A stretch of 64,000 bases of DNA from Gemmatimonadota bacterium (GTDB lineage Bacteria > Gemmatimonadota > Gemmatimonadetes > Gemmatimonadales > Gemmatimonadaceae). Under the pieces are notes generated by a model, which did no database searches, had not been told where the DNA came from, and worked only from the letters and a program-made list of their open reading frames with translations. Position 1 is the stretch's first letter. The number at the start of each line of letters is the position of its first letter. The position numbers were made by a program, and so were the translations under genes. Positions 47,457 to 58,134 of the stretch are shown piece by piece. The stretch is from contig JAZJZK010000007.1 of NCBI GenBank assembly GCA_040389905.1, positions 127,482-191,481 of the forward strand, read 5' to 3'.

Positions 47457-47960
47457 ATGCGGCGTCTGCGCGGAATTATTGGAGTGGCCGTAACGTGGGG
47501 CGTCGGTCTGTCCGCGCTTGCGACGAGTTGCCTCGCAGTCGCTGTGGGCACAGGGATCGTTCCGCGCCTCGTTTTTGGGCTTGGTGAGATTGCGCAGGTC
47601 GCCCTTCGCGGGTTCCTGGTTGGCGCTGCGATTGGAGTTCTGTTCAGCGGCGCGCTCATCACGGCCGAGCGCCGTCGTACGCTGGCGTCATTGTCTACCA
47701 AGCATTCGGCGGCGTGGGGATTCCTGGCGGGTGCGTGTGTTCCGTTGCCGTTCGCGATGGCATTTGGTGTACTGCCATTGTTGTCCACACCCGTGCTCGC
47801 CGCGGGTACTTTTGGCTACGGTGTGATCGGCATGTTGCTCGCCGCAGGCACGGTGGGGATGGCGAGGCGAGCGCCCGCGTTGCCTTCGGAAACAGTACAG
47901 CCGTACCCAGTACTTGGTACAACCACGGACGTACGAGGAACCCGGAACCTGGTACCCTGA
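47457..47960 (+). CDS. Hypothetical membrane protein
   Basis: Four hydrophobic segments. Confidence 0.6.
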   Translation: MRRLRGIIGVAVTWGVGLSALATSCLAVAVGTGIVPRLVFGLGEIAQVALRGFLVGAAIGVLFSGALITAERRRTLASLSTKHSAAWGFLAGACVPLPFAMAFGVLPLLSTPVLAAGTFGYGVIGMLLAAGTVGMARRAPALPSETVQPYPVLGTTTDVRGTRNLVP

Positions 47961-48057
47961 CTGGCATCCACGCCAAAAGGAGCCGTCGACACAGGCGATC
48001 CTTCGCCGAGCGCGATGCAATGTGCATATTTCATGGCATCTGCCGACGGGAGAAGCC

Positions 48058-48324
48058 ATGTGCCGCAACATCAAAGTGCTCGCGAACTTCGAGCCGCCAG
48101 CAACGGACGACGAGATTCGCGCCTCAGCGCTTCAGTTCGTTCGTAAGCTCAGTGGAACGTCAAAGCCATCGCGCGCGAATGAGCCCGCGTTCAACCTGGC
48201 GGTCGAGGAAGTGACGGCTTCTGCCAAGCGCCTGATCGAATCACTGGAAACGAATGCGCCGCCCAAGGATCGAGAAGAGGAGCGGCGCAAGGCGAAGGAG
48301 AGGTCGCTGAAGCGTTTCGCGTAG
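48058..48324 (+). CDS. DUF2277 protein
   Basis: MCRNIKVLANFEPPAT...LQFVRKLSG. Confidence 0.88.
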   Translation: MCRNIKVLANFEPPATDDEIRASALQFVRKLSGTSKPSRANEPAFNLAVEEVTASAKRLIESLETNAPPKDREEERRKAKERSLKRFA

Positions 48325-48326
48325 GG

Positions 48327-50327
48327 CTATTTCGCCAGGTCGCGAACCGAGCGCGCGAGCAGACGAACCTTTGATGCATCGCTCGAACTGCCAGCATCGC
48401 CGTCGAGCTCCGTTGCGAGGCTCACGAGCGCATCATTGCGCTGACTTCCCGACGCGCGTTCAGCGCTTGCCAGTGACTGACGCACCGCCGCAACGCGCGC
48501 CGCGGAAAGGCCGCGTGTCCGTTCGAGTTGGTCCACGTACGCGCGCGAGAGCGCGAACGTCGCCGGCCATACGAGCTTCGGCTGCCCTTGCGTATTCAGG
48601 TAGTCGAAGTGGACGGACTTCGCCGCATCGATCTCGTTCTGGCTGAGGAACGCGCTGGGCACGAGTTCCATGATGTCCAGGCCGCGCGAAATCTCGGAGC
48701 TCACCATGTATCCGTTGTACCAGTAGACCGACCACGTTCCGCCGTTGCCCTGACGCGTCGAATCGACCGGGCCGCGGTCGTAGAAGGCGATCTCCCGCGG
48801 CCGCTTGGCATCGGTCCAGTCGAAGACGGAGACGCCGCCCTGATACCACGACTGCACCATCACATCGCGGCCGGGAATCGGAATGAGCGAGCCATTGTGT
48901 GCGACACAGTTCTCGAATGAGGTCTGCGCCGCGGGCATCTTGTAATAGCTCTGGAAGACCATGTTGCCGTTCTCGATCGTGAAGATCGCATCGGCGCCCC
49001 ATGACTGCGGATCGGATGCGCGGCACTTCGGCGCACCACCACCACCCCACTCATCGGAGAAAAGGACCTTGGTGCCATCGTTGTTGAACGTTGCCGAATG
49101 CCAGTACGAGAAATTCGAATCCGAGACGGCTCCGATGCGCACCGGGTTGGCCGGATCCTTGATGTCGAGCAACAGGCCGTACCCTTCGCAGGCTCCGCCG
49201 GCGAGCCCGATGGCGGGATAGGCGCTGATGTCGTGGCAGCTGGTTACGGCGGGGCGCGATGCATTGGGCGTTGATTCGGGGAATCTGGCGGAGATGATCC
49301 CCTGTATGCCTGCGCGGAGCGCTGCGCTATCGGCGGCGCTGTGGGTCGTCGCGCCGCGAATCCGCGCAATGCTGTCGAGCATCGGCTTCGCGTATGACGC
49401 CGGGATCACGACTTCGTTTCCAAAGATGCGCGCGACGAACTGTCCCTTTGCTTTTGCAGTCTGAATGGCAACGATGTCATCCGGTGCGAGGCCGTGCGAC
49501 TTGACGGGCGTCAGGTTGTTGAAGATGCGCGGGGAGCTGACGATCCTGGCCTGTTCGGGGTGCGCCAGCGGCACCTTGATGGCCTCGATGCGGAACTCGG
49601 CGGTATTGGGATCGTCCGGGGCCCGGACACAGCCCTTGAGCTCGGCTTCCGGGCGCACCGACGATGAACCAGAGATGTAGACATACACATTCTCCTGGTC
49701 CTTCGGATCGACAACGACAGTATGGGTGTGCGAACCGCGGCAGGTCTGCACGTTGGCCACGTTGCGCGGGTGTGCCAGATCCGAGATGTCAAAAATGCGC
49801 AGGCCCTTGATGCGATCCGTACTCACCGTGTCCTTCACTCCCTGATCACCGCAGTCGATGCGACCAGTGTTTCCTTCGGCGGAGACGAAGAGCAGGTTCC
49901 TGTAGACGGAGACGTCGCTCTGCGACGCGGGGCAGTAGTTGGCGATCCTGATCGTGGGATTCGACGCGTTCGTAATGTCCCAGATCTGGTAGCCGTTGTA
50001 GTTCCCCTGGATGACCGCATTGCCAAGGAACGCGAGGTCGGAGTTCGTGCTGCCGAGGAACTTCGCGGAGGGTCTGGTACGAGACACCACGCGCATGTTC
50101 CACGTCGCCTCCTGCGCATCGAACAGCCCGGCCTTCAACCCGACGCGCTGATCCGGCTTCGGCGTCGGAATGGCGGCCATCCATGACATGTCCATCGGCG
50201 GCGCGGAGAGCGTTGGCGCGGCTGACGACGTCGCCCTCGCGCAGCCGGCGACCGAGAGGAGCGCGGCGGCGAGCGACGCGTGTACGAGCACGGGAGCGAC
50301 TCGTCGCGCCCTGTTGCGAGAAGACAT
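48327..50327 (-). CDS. LVIVD-repeat lipoprotein
   Basis: NSDLAF, CRGSHTHT, CHDI, WHSATF, CVAHNG; VAGC lipobox. Confidence 0.8.
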   Translation of the reverse strand: MSSRNRARRVAPVLVHASLAAALLSVAGCARATSSAAPTLSAPPMDMSWMAAIPTPKPDQRVGLKAGLFDAQEATWNMRVVSRTRPSAKFLGSTNSDLAFLGNAVIQGNYNGYQIWDITNASNPTIRIANYCPASQSDVSVYRNLLFVSAEGNTGRIDCGDQGVKDTVSTDRIKGLRIFDISDLAHPRNVANVQTCRGSHTHTVVVDPKDQENVYVYISGSSSVRPEAELKGCVRAPDDPNTAEFRIEAIKVPLAHPEQARIVSSPRIFNNLTPVKSHGLAPDDIVAIQTAKAKGQFVARIFGNEVVIPASYAKPMLDSIARIRGATTHSAADSAALRAGIQGIISARFPESTPNASRPAVTSCHDISAYPAIGLAGGACEGYGLLLDIKDPANPVRIGAVSDSNFSYWHSATFNNDGTKVLFSDEWGGGGAPKCRASDPQSWGADAIFTIENGNMVFQSYYKMPAAQTSFENCVAHNGSLIPIPGRDVMVQSWYQGGVSVFDWTDAKRPREIAFYDRGPVDSTRQGNGGTWSVYWYNGYMVSSEISRGLDIMELVPSAFLSQNEIDAAKSVHFDYLNTQGQPKLVWPATFALSRAYVDQLERTRGLSAARVAAVRQSLASAERASGSQRNDALVSLATELDGDAGSSSDASKVRLLARSVRDLAK

Positions 50328-50380
50328 GTGGAACTCCTTACGATGCGAGGTGGGTCAGGCTGATAGAGGGCACGAATCGC

Positions 50381-51070
50381 TCAGGGCGGCAACGTCCCGA
50401 ACTCGAGTGCGATCCGCAGTTGCTGCATGCGGGTGATTTCGGTGGTCTGATCGATCTGCACGTCGGACGCGAACTTGAAGACCATCTCGTCCTGGCCTGC
50501 GCCCACGGTGCCGAACAGCTGCTTCACCATGCCGACGGCGCCATCATGGTGCTGCATCATGTAGACGAGGAACTTCTTGTCGAATTCAGGGCCGCGCGCC
50601 TTGTCGAGGTCGGTCATCTGCTCCTCGGTGAGCATGCCCGGCATGAGCATCATGTGCTCCATGCCGTTCATGATCATCTTCATGCCCTTGGGATTTGCCT
50701 CGGGCACCGGCTGGTTGCGATCGCGGAGCCAGCGGCTCATGAGCGCGATCTCATCGACCTGCGCATTGATGATCCGGTCGGCGAGCCGTTGAATGGGGCC
50801 GCTCGCGCCATGACTCGCCGCCCACCTGGACATGGCGACGGCCTGCGCGTGATGGCCGATCATGCCGGACATGAATTCGATGTCGGCCGAGGTATACGGG
50901 TAGCGTGCACTGTCGGCGCGCGCCTTGGCGACCGCCGCCGAGTCACTGCGTAACCTGGCGGCCGAGGAGGCTGGGTCCTGTGCTTCGACGGGGCGGGGGG
51001 ATGCGAGGGCCGTCGCGGCGACGAGAAACGCCCACACGAGGCCGCGGCGGCGACCGACGTTCACGATCAT
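50381..51070 (-). CDS. DUF305 protein
   Basis: FMSGMIGHHAQAVAM, MPGM, HHDGAVGM. Confidence 0.88.
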   Translation of the reverse strand: MIVNVGRRRGLVWAFLVAATALASPRPVEAQDPASSAARLRSDSAAVAKARADSARYPYTSADIEFMSGMIGHHAQAVAMSRWAASHGASGPIQRLADRIINAQVDEIALMSRWLRDRNQPVPEANPKGMKMIMNGMEHMMLMPGMLTEEQMTDLDKARGPEFDKKFLVYMMQHHDGAVGMVKQLFGTVGAGQDEMVFKFASDVQIDQTTEITRMQQLRIALEFGTLPP

Positions 51071-51233
51071 ATCGTTCTCCTCGATGGCGTTCGTCGGCCA
51101 TCGTGTCAATTCAGTCGAAATCAATTGTAGCTTACCGACTTGCCGGAGGAAGGGCCATGGTGCACCGTGGATGGCCGTCGCGAGCTTGGGTGGACCTGAA
51201 CCGCGCGTAGCGTCCGTCCTGAAGCGGCTATTT

Positions 51234-51327
51234 CGGATGTCACCCCGAGCGAGCGAAGCGAATCGAGGGCTCTGCACCTCAAGCCCAGACTGAAGGTGCA
51301 TATCCCTCGACGTCGCTCGGGATGACA
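51234..51327. repeat. Palindromic repeat family C, copy 2
   Basis: Near-identical to 11526-11619. Confidence 0.9.
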
Positions 51328-51395
51328 TTCATGGCTGTGCGCACGAGAAATCGCAGTCTCAGGACGGACACGAGGTAAAGACTCCAGAACACGCA

Positions 51396-51887
51396 ATGAC
51401 CATACGTATTCGTACGCCCCTTCCGTCAGACCTGGCACCGGTTCTCGACCTGGTGCCTCGCTTGCGCGCCTTCGGCGGCCAATCGCTTCGGGAGAACGAT
51501 GATCTCGACCGCGCCGAGCGTCGAGCGCTGGAGAGCGCCTTTGAGCAACTGCCGGTGGGTGCCACGCTCCTCGTGGCAATTGACGAGAACACCGGCACCG
51601 TGTGCGGCGTCGCCTACGCCGAAACGGAGATCGACTACTTCACCGGCGAAGACTACGGCCACCTGGCGATTCTCGCCGTTTCGGATGCCGCCGAGGGAAA
51701 AGGGGTCGGGCGCGCGCTGATTACGGCCGTCGAGGATTGGGCGCGGGCACAGGGCTACCGCTTCGTGAATCTCAACGTGTTCGATGGGAACGCGCGCGCG
51801 CGAGCGTTCTACGAACGGGCAGGATATGCACCGGACATGATCCGCTACGCGAAGGTGATTGCGCCTCCTCCCTCCCAGGCACCGTAA
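51396..51887 (+). CDS. GNAT acetyltransferase
   Basis: LAV...GKGVGRAL; NARARAFYERAGY. Confidence 0.88.
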   Translation: MTIRIRTPLPSDLAPVLDLVPRLRAFGGQSLRENDDLDRAERRALESAFEQLPVGATLLVAIDENTGTVCGVAYAETEIDYFTGEDYGHLAILAVSDAAEGKGVGRALITAVEDWARAQGYRFVNLNVFDGNARARAFYERAGYAPDMIRYAKVIAPPPSQAP

Positions 51888-52312
51888 TGTTTCTCGAAAT
51901 CCGGATGCTCACGCGCGCGGACGGCGACATTCTGGAGCGCATCGCGCCGGACGTTTTCGACGGCCCCGTCAAAGACCGGTGGACGCGAGAATTTCTCAAC
52001 GATTCCCGCCACCATCTCGCGGTGGCGATCGATGAGGGAGTGGTCGTCGGCATGGTGAGTGCTGTCCACTACGTGCACCCGGATAAGGCGCCACAATTGT
52101 GGATCAACGAGCTCGGCGTCGCGCCAACGCACCAGCGCCGGGGCATTGGGCGGCAGTTGCTCGACATCATGCTCGATCACGGTCGCACGCTCGGATGTAC
52201 GGAAGCCTGGCTTGGAACCGAGGAGACGAATATCGCCGCCAACGCGCTGTACAAACGGGCGGGCGGTGATGCCGAACCGTTCGTCCTCTATTCATTCCCC
52301 TTGGGGTCATAG
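51887..52312 (+). CDS. GNAT acetyltransferase
   Basis: TAATG overlap; VAPTHQRRGIG; NIAANALY. Confidence 0.88.
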   Translation: MFLEIRMLTRADGDILERIAPDVFDGPVKDRWTREFLNDSRHHLAVAIDEGVVVGMVSAVHYVHPDKAPQLWINELGVAPTHQRRGIGRQLLDIMLDHGRTLGCTEAWLGTEETNIAANALYKRAGGDAEPFVLYSFPLGS

Positions 52313-53094
52313 TGACATTGTTTGCGCTCACTCGGGCGGTGAGCCCATCGCTCGCCGAGTGCGAGCTCACGCACCTGGCGCGCGAGCCGATCGACATTCC
52401 GCGCGCCGTCGAACAGCACGCGGCGTACGAGACACTGCTCGGCGATCTGGGTGCCACCGTCGTTCGCGTGCCGCCAGCGCCCGCGTTGCCCGATGCGGTC
52501 TTCATCGAGGATACGGCCATCGTTCTCGACGAGGTTGCGGTCATCACGCGACCGGGAGCGGTCGTGCGACGCGCAGAACTGGAGGGCGTTGCCGCGGCGC
52601 TGGGCTCGTATCGGCCGCTGGTATCGCTCACGGCACCCGCGACGCTCGACGGGGGAGACGTCTTCCGGGCAGGACAGAGGCTCTACGTTGGGCGGTCGAG
52701 CCGAACGAACGATGAGGGCATCGAGCAGCTCCGGCGGGCAACAGAGCCGTACGGCATGCAGGTCATCGCCGTCGAATTTCAGGGTTGCCTGCATCTCAAG
52801 AGCGCGGTCACCACCGTCGCCGACGATGTGCTGCTCGTCAATCCCGATTGGGTTTCGGCCGCTTGCTTTCGGGGGTTCGACTGCATCGCCGTCGATCCGC
52901 GCGAGCCGCATGGTGCGAACATCCTCCGGGTGGGAGCGAGCCTGGTGTACTCCAGCGCCTACCCACGGACCGCGGAGGTCCTTGGGCGTCATGGCTTCGT
53001 TGTCTCGACTGTGGACTGCAGCGAACTCGTGAAAGCGGAGGGCGCGGTCACCTGCTGCAGTCTGGTGTTCAATCACTTCCCCGCGCACTATTAG
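52312..53094 (+). CDS. Dimethylarginine dimethylaminohydrolase
   Basis: PDAVFIED, LDGGDV, RTN, HLKS, TCCS. Confidence 0.88.
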   Translation: MTLFALTRAVSPSLAECELTHLAREPIDIPRAVEQHAAYETLLGDLGATVVRVPPAPALPDAVFIEDTAIVLDEVAVITRPGAVVRRAELEGVAAALGSYRPLVSLTAPATLDGGDVFRAGQRLYVGRSSRTNDEGIEQLRRATEPYGMQVIAVEFQGCLHLKSAVTTVADDVLLVNPDWVSAACFRGFDCIAVDPREPHGANILRVGASLVYSSAYPRTAEVLGRHGFVVSTVDCSELVKAEGAVTCCSLVFNHFPAHY

Positions 53095-53096
53095 CG

Positions 53097-53348
53097 ATGG
53101 CAGATGAAATCGTCGTACTCCGGGAGTACGGGCTCGAAGTCGAGGCGCGACTCGCCGCCACGGTCCTCGAAGCCAACGGCATTCCGGCCCGTGTCGTGAT
53201 GGACACCGCCGGCGGAGCGTTCCCCAGCATGGCATTGCTCTTTCCCATCCGGTTGCTTGTTCGAGCGGACGACGAGACACTCGCGCGCGAGCTTCTCGAT
53301 ACATCAGCTGGCGAGTCGCTGGACAGCGATGCGCCGGAGTTCGAATGA
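53097..53348 (+). CDS. DUF2007 small protein
   Basis: EARLAATVLEANGIP; RLLV. Confidence 0.75.
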   Translation: MADEIVVLREYGLEVEARLAATVLEANGIPARVVMDTAGGAFPSMALLFPIRLLVRADDETLARELLDTSAGESLDSDAPEFE

Positions 53349-54781
53349 TGCGCGCCCTGTTCCTTGCCGCTCTCGTTTCTCTTCCAGCAGCAGCCGCGGC
53401 GCAACGCACAGCGCTCGCACCGGCGGATTCCGCATTGATTGGCCGGATTCTCCTCGCCGAAGACAAGCGGGATTCGACCGACGTGGCGCTCGCGGAAGGA
53501 GCGCGCCATGCCGACATCCGCGTAAGTACGATAGCGAAGCGCGCCCGTTGGCGCATTCGCGACGCGCGGTTTGCGGCGAGAGACTCGCTTCCGCCCTTGC
53601 CGGCACCGCCATCGTATCCCGAACCCGCGTGGCGGTTGCGCTTTCGGGCCATGACGGCGCAGAAGAACGAGTGCGGCGCATTGCGCGCTGCACTGAGCGA
53701 CAGCGCATGGGCGGTGCGACTGCGCGCCGCAGACCTGGTACCGGCCACCTGCGCGACAGACGAAGCACTCCTCGGAACGCTGCGCGAATGGGTTGACGCG
53801 CTACCGGCCACGACGTCGCGGCGCGCGCCGAATGGCGTGTCTTGGCATGCGGGCGCTCACGGAGTGGTCGCGTTGGCGCGCGTGCGGCCCGACGAGGCGC
53901 GCACGAGACTCGCCAAGGTCGTGGCACACCGCCAATGGCAGGTACGCGCCTACGCGGCTCGTGCGGCCGGGCTGCTGTCGGACACGGTGCGACTACGGGT
54001 GCTCACCCGCGATCCGGACGACAACGTGAAGGAAGCCGCCATCGAGGCGCTGGCGAAGCTCACCGGTCATCTGGACGACGCGCTGTTTGTAATGGCGCTC
54101 AATGCGCCTGGTGCGCAGGCGGTGCGTGCCGCGGCGATGGCACTCAAGGGATCGCCACGCGACGACATTCAACGCCTCGCGACGGCGGCCTACACACGCT
54201 GGGCGGCGAAGGGCATCGCGTCGGCACGTGATGCGCGCGTCGCGCTACTCGAAGCGGCGGGCCGGCCAGCGACTGACGACCGGATGCCCACGCCGCGCGG
54301 CGAACTGCTTCCCGATGCCATCGCGCTCGCACTCGGCGCCGATGTGCGCCTCCGCGTGACGATGGCGCCGACCCACGGCGGCGGGTCGTTTGTCGTCAGG
54401 CTGCGCGGTGACGTGGCTCCGCTCATGGCGTCGCGCATCCTCGCGTTGGCGCGCGCGAGCTACTACGACGGACTCACGTGGCATCGCGTCGAGCCGGATT
54501 TCGTCATTCAGGGCGGGAGCCCCGGCGCGAGCGAATATGTGGGCTTATCGGACTTCATGCGCGACGAACTCGGCACCGTGCCCCACGTGCGCGGCACGGT
54601 GGGCATGAGCACACGTGGTCACGACACCGGCGATGCGCAGTGGTTCGTCAACCTGAGAGACAATGCGCGGCTCGGCCGCGACTACACGGTGTTTGCGGAA
54701 GTGATCCAAGGGATCGATGTCGTTGATGGCATTCTCGAGGGTGACATCGTCGCATCCATCACGGAAATCCAGCCACGGTAG
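53345..54781 (+). CDS. Secreted HEAT-repeat/cyclophilin PPIase fusion
   Basis: YDGLTWHRVEPDFVIQGG, RGTVGM, YTVFAEV. Confidence 0.85.
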   Translation: MMRALFLAALVSLPAAAAAQRTALAPADSALIGRILLAEDKRDSTDVALAEGARHADIRVSTIAKRARWRIRDARFAARDSLPPLPAPPSYPEPAWRLRFRAMTAQKNECGALRAALSDSAWAVRLRAADLVPATCATDEALLGTLREWVDALPATTSRRAPNGVSWHAGAHGVVALARVRPDEARTRLAKVVAHRQWQVRAYAARAAGLLSDTVRLRVLTRDPDDNVKEAAIEALAKLTGHLDDALFVMALNAPGAQAVRAAAMALKGSPRDDIQRLATAAYTRWAAKGIASARDARVALLEAAGRPATDDRMPTPRGELLPDAIALALGADVRLRVTMAPTHGGGSFVVRLRGDVAPLMASRILALARASYYDGLTWHRVEPDFVIQGGSPGASEYVGLSDFMRDELGTVPHVRGTVGMSTRGHDTGDAQWFVNLRDNARLGRDYTVFAEVIQGIDVVDGILEGDIVASITEIQPR

Positions 54782-54787
54782 CGATGC

Positions 54788-55954
54788 ATGACGAGCTCGC
54801 AGACGACGTCGCATCGTATTCAATCGCTCGACATCGTTCGCGGAGCCGTCATGGTGTTGATGGCCATCGATCACGTTCGCGTATACGCGGGCGTGCCAGC
54901 TGGCGGGCCGACGTTCGGCGTCTTCTTCACGCGATGGGTCACGCACTTCTGCGTTCCGGCGTTTGTCTTCCTCGCAGGGACTGGCGCGTTTCTCCACGGC
55001 CGGCGGCTCGGTGACACGCGCGCGCTCGCACGCTACCTGGTGACGCGCGGCGCCATCCTCGTCGCGCTCGAGCTCACGTATCTCCGCCTTGCATGGACGT
55101 TCAACGTCGACTTCGGCGAATACAACATCGCTGGTGTTATCTGGATGCTCGGCTGGTGCATGATCCTGATGGCCGGGCTCGTTCGATGCTCGACGAAAGC
55201 GATTGGTATTTTTGGAATTGTGGTCATGGCTGCACAGCAGCTCATGTTCGCGTTCGGCCACATTCCCGACGCGCGCGAGGGCCCGCTCGGTTGGCTTCTC
55301 CGTTTCCTGTACTTTGGTGGCGAGGTACACGTTGGCGGCGAAGGCGGGCCGCCGATCGCCATCCTCTATGTCATCATACCGTGGATCGGCGTGATGGCCG
55401 CGGGTTACGCATTTGGCTCCGTCATGCTCCGTGAGCCAGCGGAGCGGCGGCGCTTCTGCCTTCGAGTCGGGTTGTCGGCGACCGCGGCGTTTCTCATCAT
55501 CGCGAGCATCGTCGCCGCGAAGACGGCCTCCGAGAGCGATTTGCCCTTTGTCCTCGCCGTCCTGGCGCAGCAGAAGTATCCGGCATCACAACTCTTCCTC
55601 ATGATGACCCTCGGGCCGACCATTGCGTTGCTCCCGTCACTCGAGCGGGCCCGCGGGTGGTTTGCAGACGTGCTGGCGACGTTTGGCCGTGCGCCGCTGT
55701 TCTACTACCTCCTGCACATTCCCGCGATTCACGCTGCGGCGCTTGTGGTGTCGCTGGTGCGAGAGGGATCGGTCAATCCATGGCTCTTCGGCAACCACCC
55801 ACTCCGGCCGCCGCCGCTGCCGGACGGCTACATGTGGAGCTTGCCGCTACTATATCTCGTATTCGCACTCGTCGTGGCGATCCTGTACGTGCCATGCAAA
55901 TGGTTTGCACGAATGAAGGCCGAGCGGCGCGCGCCGTGGCTGGCCTACCTCTGA
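54788..55954 (+). CDS. DUF1624/HGSNAT-like membrane acyltransferase
   Basis: SLDIVRG, MAIDH, RWVTHFC, KYPAS, FYYLLH. Confidence 0.8.
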   Translation: MTSSQTTSHRIQSLDIVRGAVMVLMAIDHVRVYAGVPAGGPTFGVFFTRWVTHFCVPAFVFLAGTGAFLHGRRLGDTRALARYLVTRGAILVALELTYLRLAWTFNVDFGEYNIAGVIWMLGWCMILMAGLVRCSTKAIGIFGIVVMAAQQLMFAFGHIPDAREGPLGWLLRFLYFGGEVHVGGEGGPPIAILYVIIPWIGVMAAGYAFGSVMLREPAERRRFCLRVGLSATAAFLIIASIVAAKTASESDLPFVLAVLAQQKYPASQLFLMMTLGPTIALLPSLERARGWFADVLATFGRAPLFYYLLHIPAIHAAALVVSLVREGSVNPWLFGNHPLRPPPLPDGYMWSLPLLYLVFALVVAILYVPCKWFARMKAERRAPWLAYL

Positions 55955-55971
55955 TTCGCAAGGTTCTCATC

Positions 55972-58134
55972 ATGCTCGAGTTACAAACTCTGCGCCGCAT
56001 TGGCATCGCCGCGCTATCCGTGGCGACGTTCTCGCTGGCCGCCACCGCGCAGTCGCCGGCCAAGTATCCGATCACCCGAAAGGACGCGACGACTGACAAT
56101 TACTTTGGTACCGTCGTCGCGGATCCGTATCGATGGCTCGAAGACCAGAACTCGAAGGAAGTCGAACGGTGGGTGGACGCCGAGAACAAGGCGACGTTCA
56201 GCTATCTCGAGAAGATTCCATTTCGCTCGATGTTTCGCGCAGAGCTGACGAAGCTCTACAACGTGCCGCGGGTAAGTGTGCCGTTCCGCGTCGCGGGCAA
56301 GCTCTACTACAGCAAGAACACGGGCCTGCAGAACCAATCGGTCGTGTTCGAACAGGCCTCACTGAATGGCACACCTCGCAAGCTGATCGACCCCAACACG
56401 TTGTTCGCCGACGGTTCGACGCAGCTCGCTGGCTATGTGCCGTCGCCAGACGGGAAGTACTTCGCGTACTCGCTTTCGGTGGGCGGTTCGGATTGGTCGG
56501 AGGTGCACATCAAGCGACTCTCCGACATCCGCGAACTCGCCGACACGGTCCACTGGGTCAAGTATTCAGGGACGGCGTGGACCGAGGACGGGAAGGGGTT
56601 CTTCTACACGCGCTATCCGACGCCGAACAAGGATTCGGTGCTGACAGCCAAGGCGATCAATGGCAAGATCTACTATCACACCGTTGGGACGCCGGACAGC
56701 AAAGACCGGATGATCTACGAACGTCCGGACCGGCCGGACTGGTACCTCGGCGCGTCGCTGAGCGAGGACGGGCGGTTCCTGTCGATCACGATGAATCATG
56801 GAACTGAACCGAACAACCTGCTCTATGTTGCGGACCTCAAGGAGGGGAAGCATCCGGACTTGAGGGCACCGATCGTTCCGGTGTACACCGGCAATGATGC
56901 CGAGTACTACCCCCTTGGCAGCGTTGGCGACACGATCATCATGCAAACCACGGCGAATGCGCCGAAGCGAAAGGTCGTCTCTTTCGTGCTGTCGGATACG
57001 TCGCGTGCGCACTGGCGCACGGTCGTGCCCGAAGGGAAGGATGTGCTGGAGACGTCGACACTCGCTGGCCGCCGCGTGATCACGCAGACGCTGGAGGACG
57101 TAAAGAGTCGTCTTCGCATGTTCGAGATCGACGGCCGCTCGGCAGGGGACATCGAGCTCCCGGGGATTGGTACGGTGGGCGCGCTGTCGTCGCGCAACGA
57201 CACGCCGGAGCTCTTCTACGCGTACACCTCCTTTTTGACGCCGTCAACGGTGTACCGCTTCGATTTCAAGACGGGGGCGAGCACCGCATTTCAACGCCCG
57301 CGGGTTCCGTTCGATGCGGCACCGTTCGAGACGATGCAGGTGTTCTACACCTCGAAGGATGGCACGCGCGTGCCGATGTTCATCACCGCCAAGAAGGGAT
57401 TGACGCTCGATGGCTCGCATCCGACCGTGCTCTACGCTTACGGCGGATTCAACATCAGCAACACGCCGGGATTCAGCAGCAACATCGCGGTCTGGCTGCA
57501 GCATGGCGGCGTGTACGCGCTCGCGAATCTCCGGGGCGGTGGCGAATACGGAGACGCTTGGCATCGCGCGGGCATGCTCGAGAAGAAGCAGAATGTCTTC
57601 GACGATTTCATCGCGGCGGCAGAGTACCTCGTGAAAGAGAAGTACACATCGCCATCGCACCTGGCGATTCACGGCTACTCCAATGGCGGGTTGCTCGTCG
57701 GCGCGGTGCAAGAGCAGCGGCCCGATCTGTTCGCGGTGGCATATCCGGGTGCAGGCGTGATGGACATGCTGCGATACGACAAGTTCAGCGCGGGGATCGG
57801 CTGGGTTGCCGAGTATGGTTCGTCGTCGGACTCGTCCCAATTCAAGACGATCTACAAGTACTCTCCCGTGCACAACGTGAAGCCCGGTGTGTGCTATCCC
57901 GCGACGATCGTGACGACCGCGGACCATGATGATCGTGTCGTGCCCGGGCACTCGTACAAGTTTGCGGCGGCAATTCAAGCAGCGCAGGCATGTGATCGGC
58001 CGACGCTCTTACGTGTGGAGACGAAGACGAGCCACGGCTACATGCCGACGGACAAGCGGATCGCGCAGGCGGCGGACATCTGGTCCTTCACGGCGTGGAA
58101 CACCGGGATGCGTCCTCCTGCCTTGGTGCCGTGA
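55972..58134 (+). CDS. Prolyl oligopeptidase (S9A)
   Basis: DPYRWLE, RGGGEYG, GYSNGG, DDRV, SHG. Confidence 0.93.
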   Translation: MLELQTLRRIGIAALSVATFSLAATAQSPAKYPITRKDATTDNYFGTVVADPYRWLEDQNSKEVERWVDAENKATFSYLEKIPFRSMFRAELTKLYNVPRVSVPFRVAGKLYYSKNTGLQNQSVVFEQASLNGTPRKLIDPNTLFADGSTQLAGYVPSPDGKYFAYSLSVGGSDWSEVHIKRLSDIRELADTVHWVKYSGTAWTEDGKGFFYTRYPTPNKDSVLTAKAINGKIYYHTVGTPDSKDRMIYERPDRPDWYLGASLSEDGRFLSITMNHGTEPNNLLYVADLKEGKHPDLRAPIVPVYTGNDAEYYPLGSVGDTIIMQTTANAPKRKVVSFVLSDTSRAHWRTVVPEGKDVLETSTLAGRRVITQTLEDVKSRLRMFEIDGRSAGDIELPGIGTVGALSSRNDTPELFYAYTSFLTPSTVYRFDFKTGASTAFQRPRVPFDAAPFETMQVFYTSKDGTRVPMFITAKKGLTLDGSHPTVLYAYGGFNISNTPGFSSNIAVWLQHGGVYALANLRGGGEYGDAWHRAGMLEKKQNVFDDFIAAAEYLVKEKYTSPSHLAIHGYSNGGLLVGAVQEQRPDLFAVAYPGAGVMDMLRYDKFSAGIGWVAEYGSSSDSSQFKTIYKYSPVHNVKPGVCYPATIVTTADHDDRVVPGHSYKFAAAIQAAQACDRPTLLRVETKTSHGYMPTDKRIAQAADIWSFTAWNTGMRPPALVP

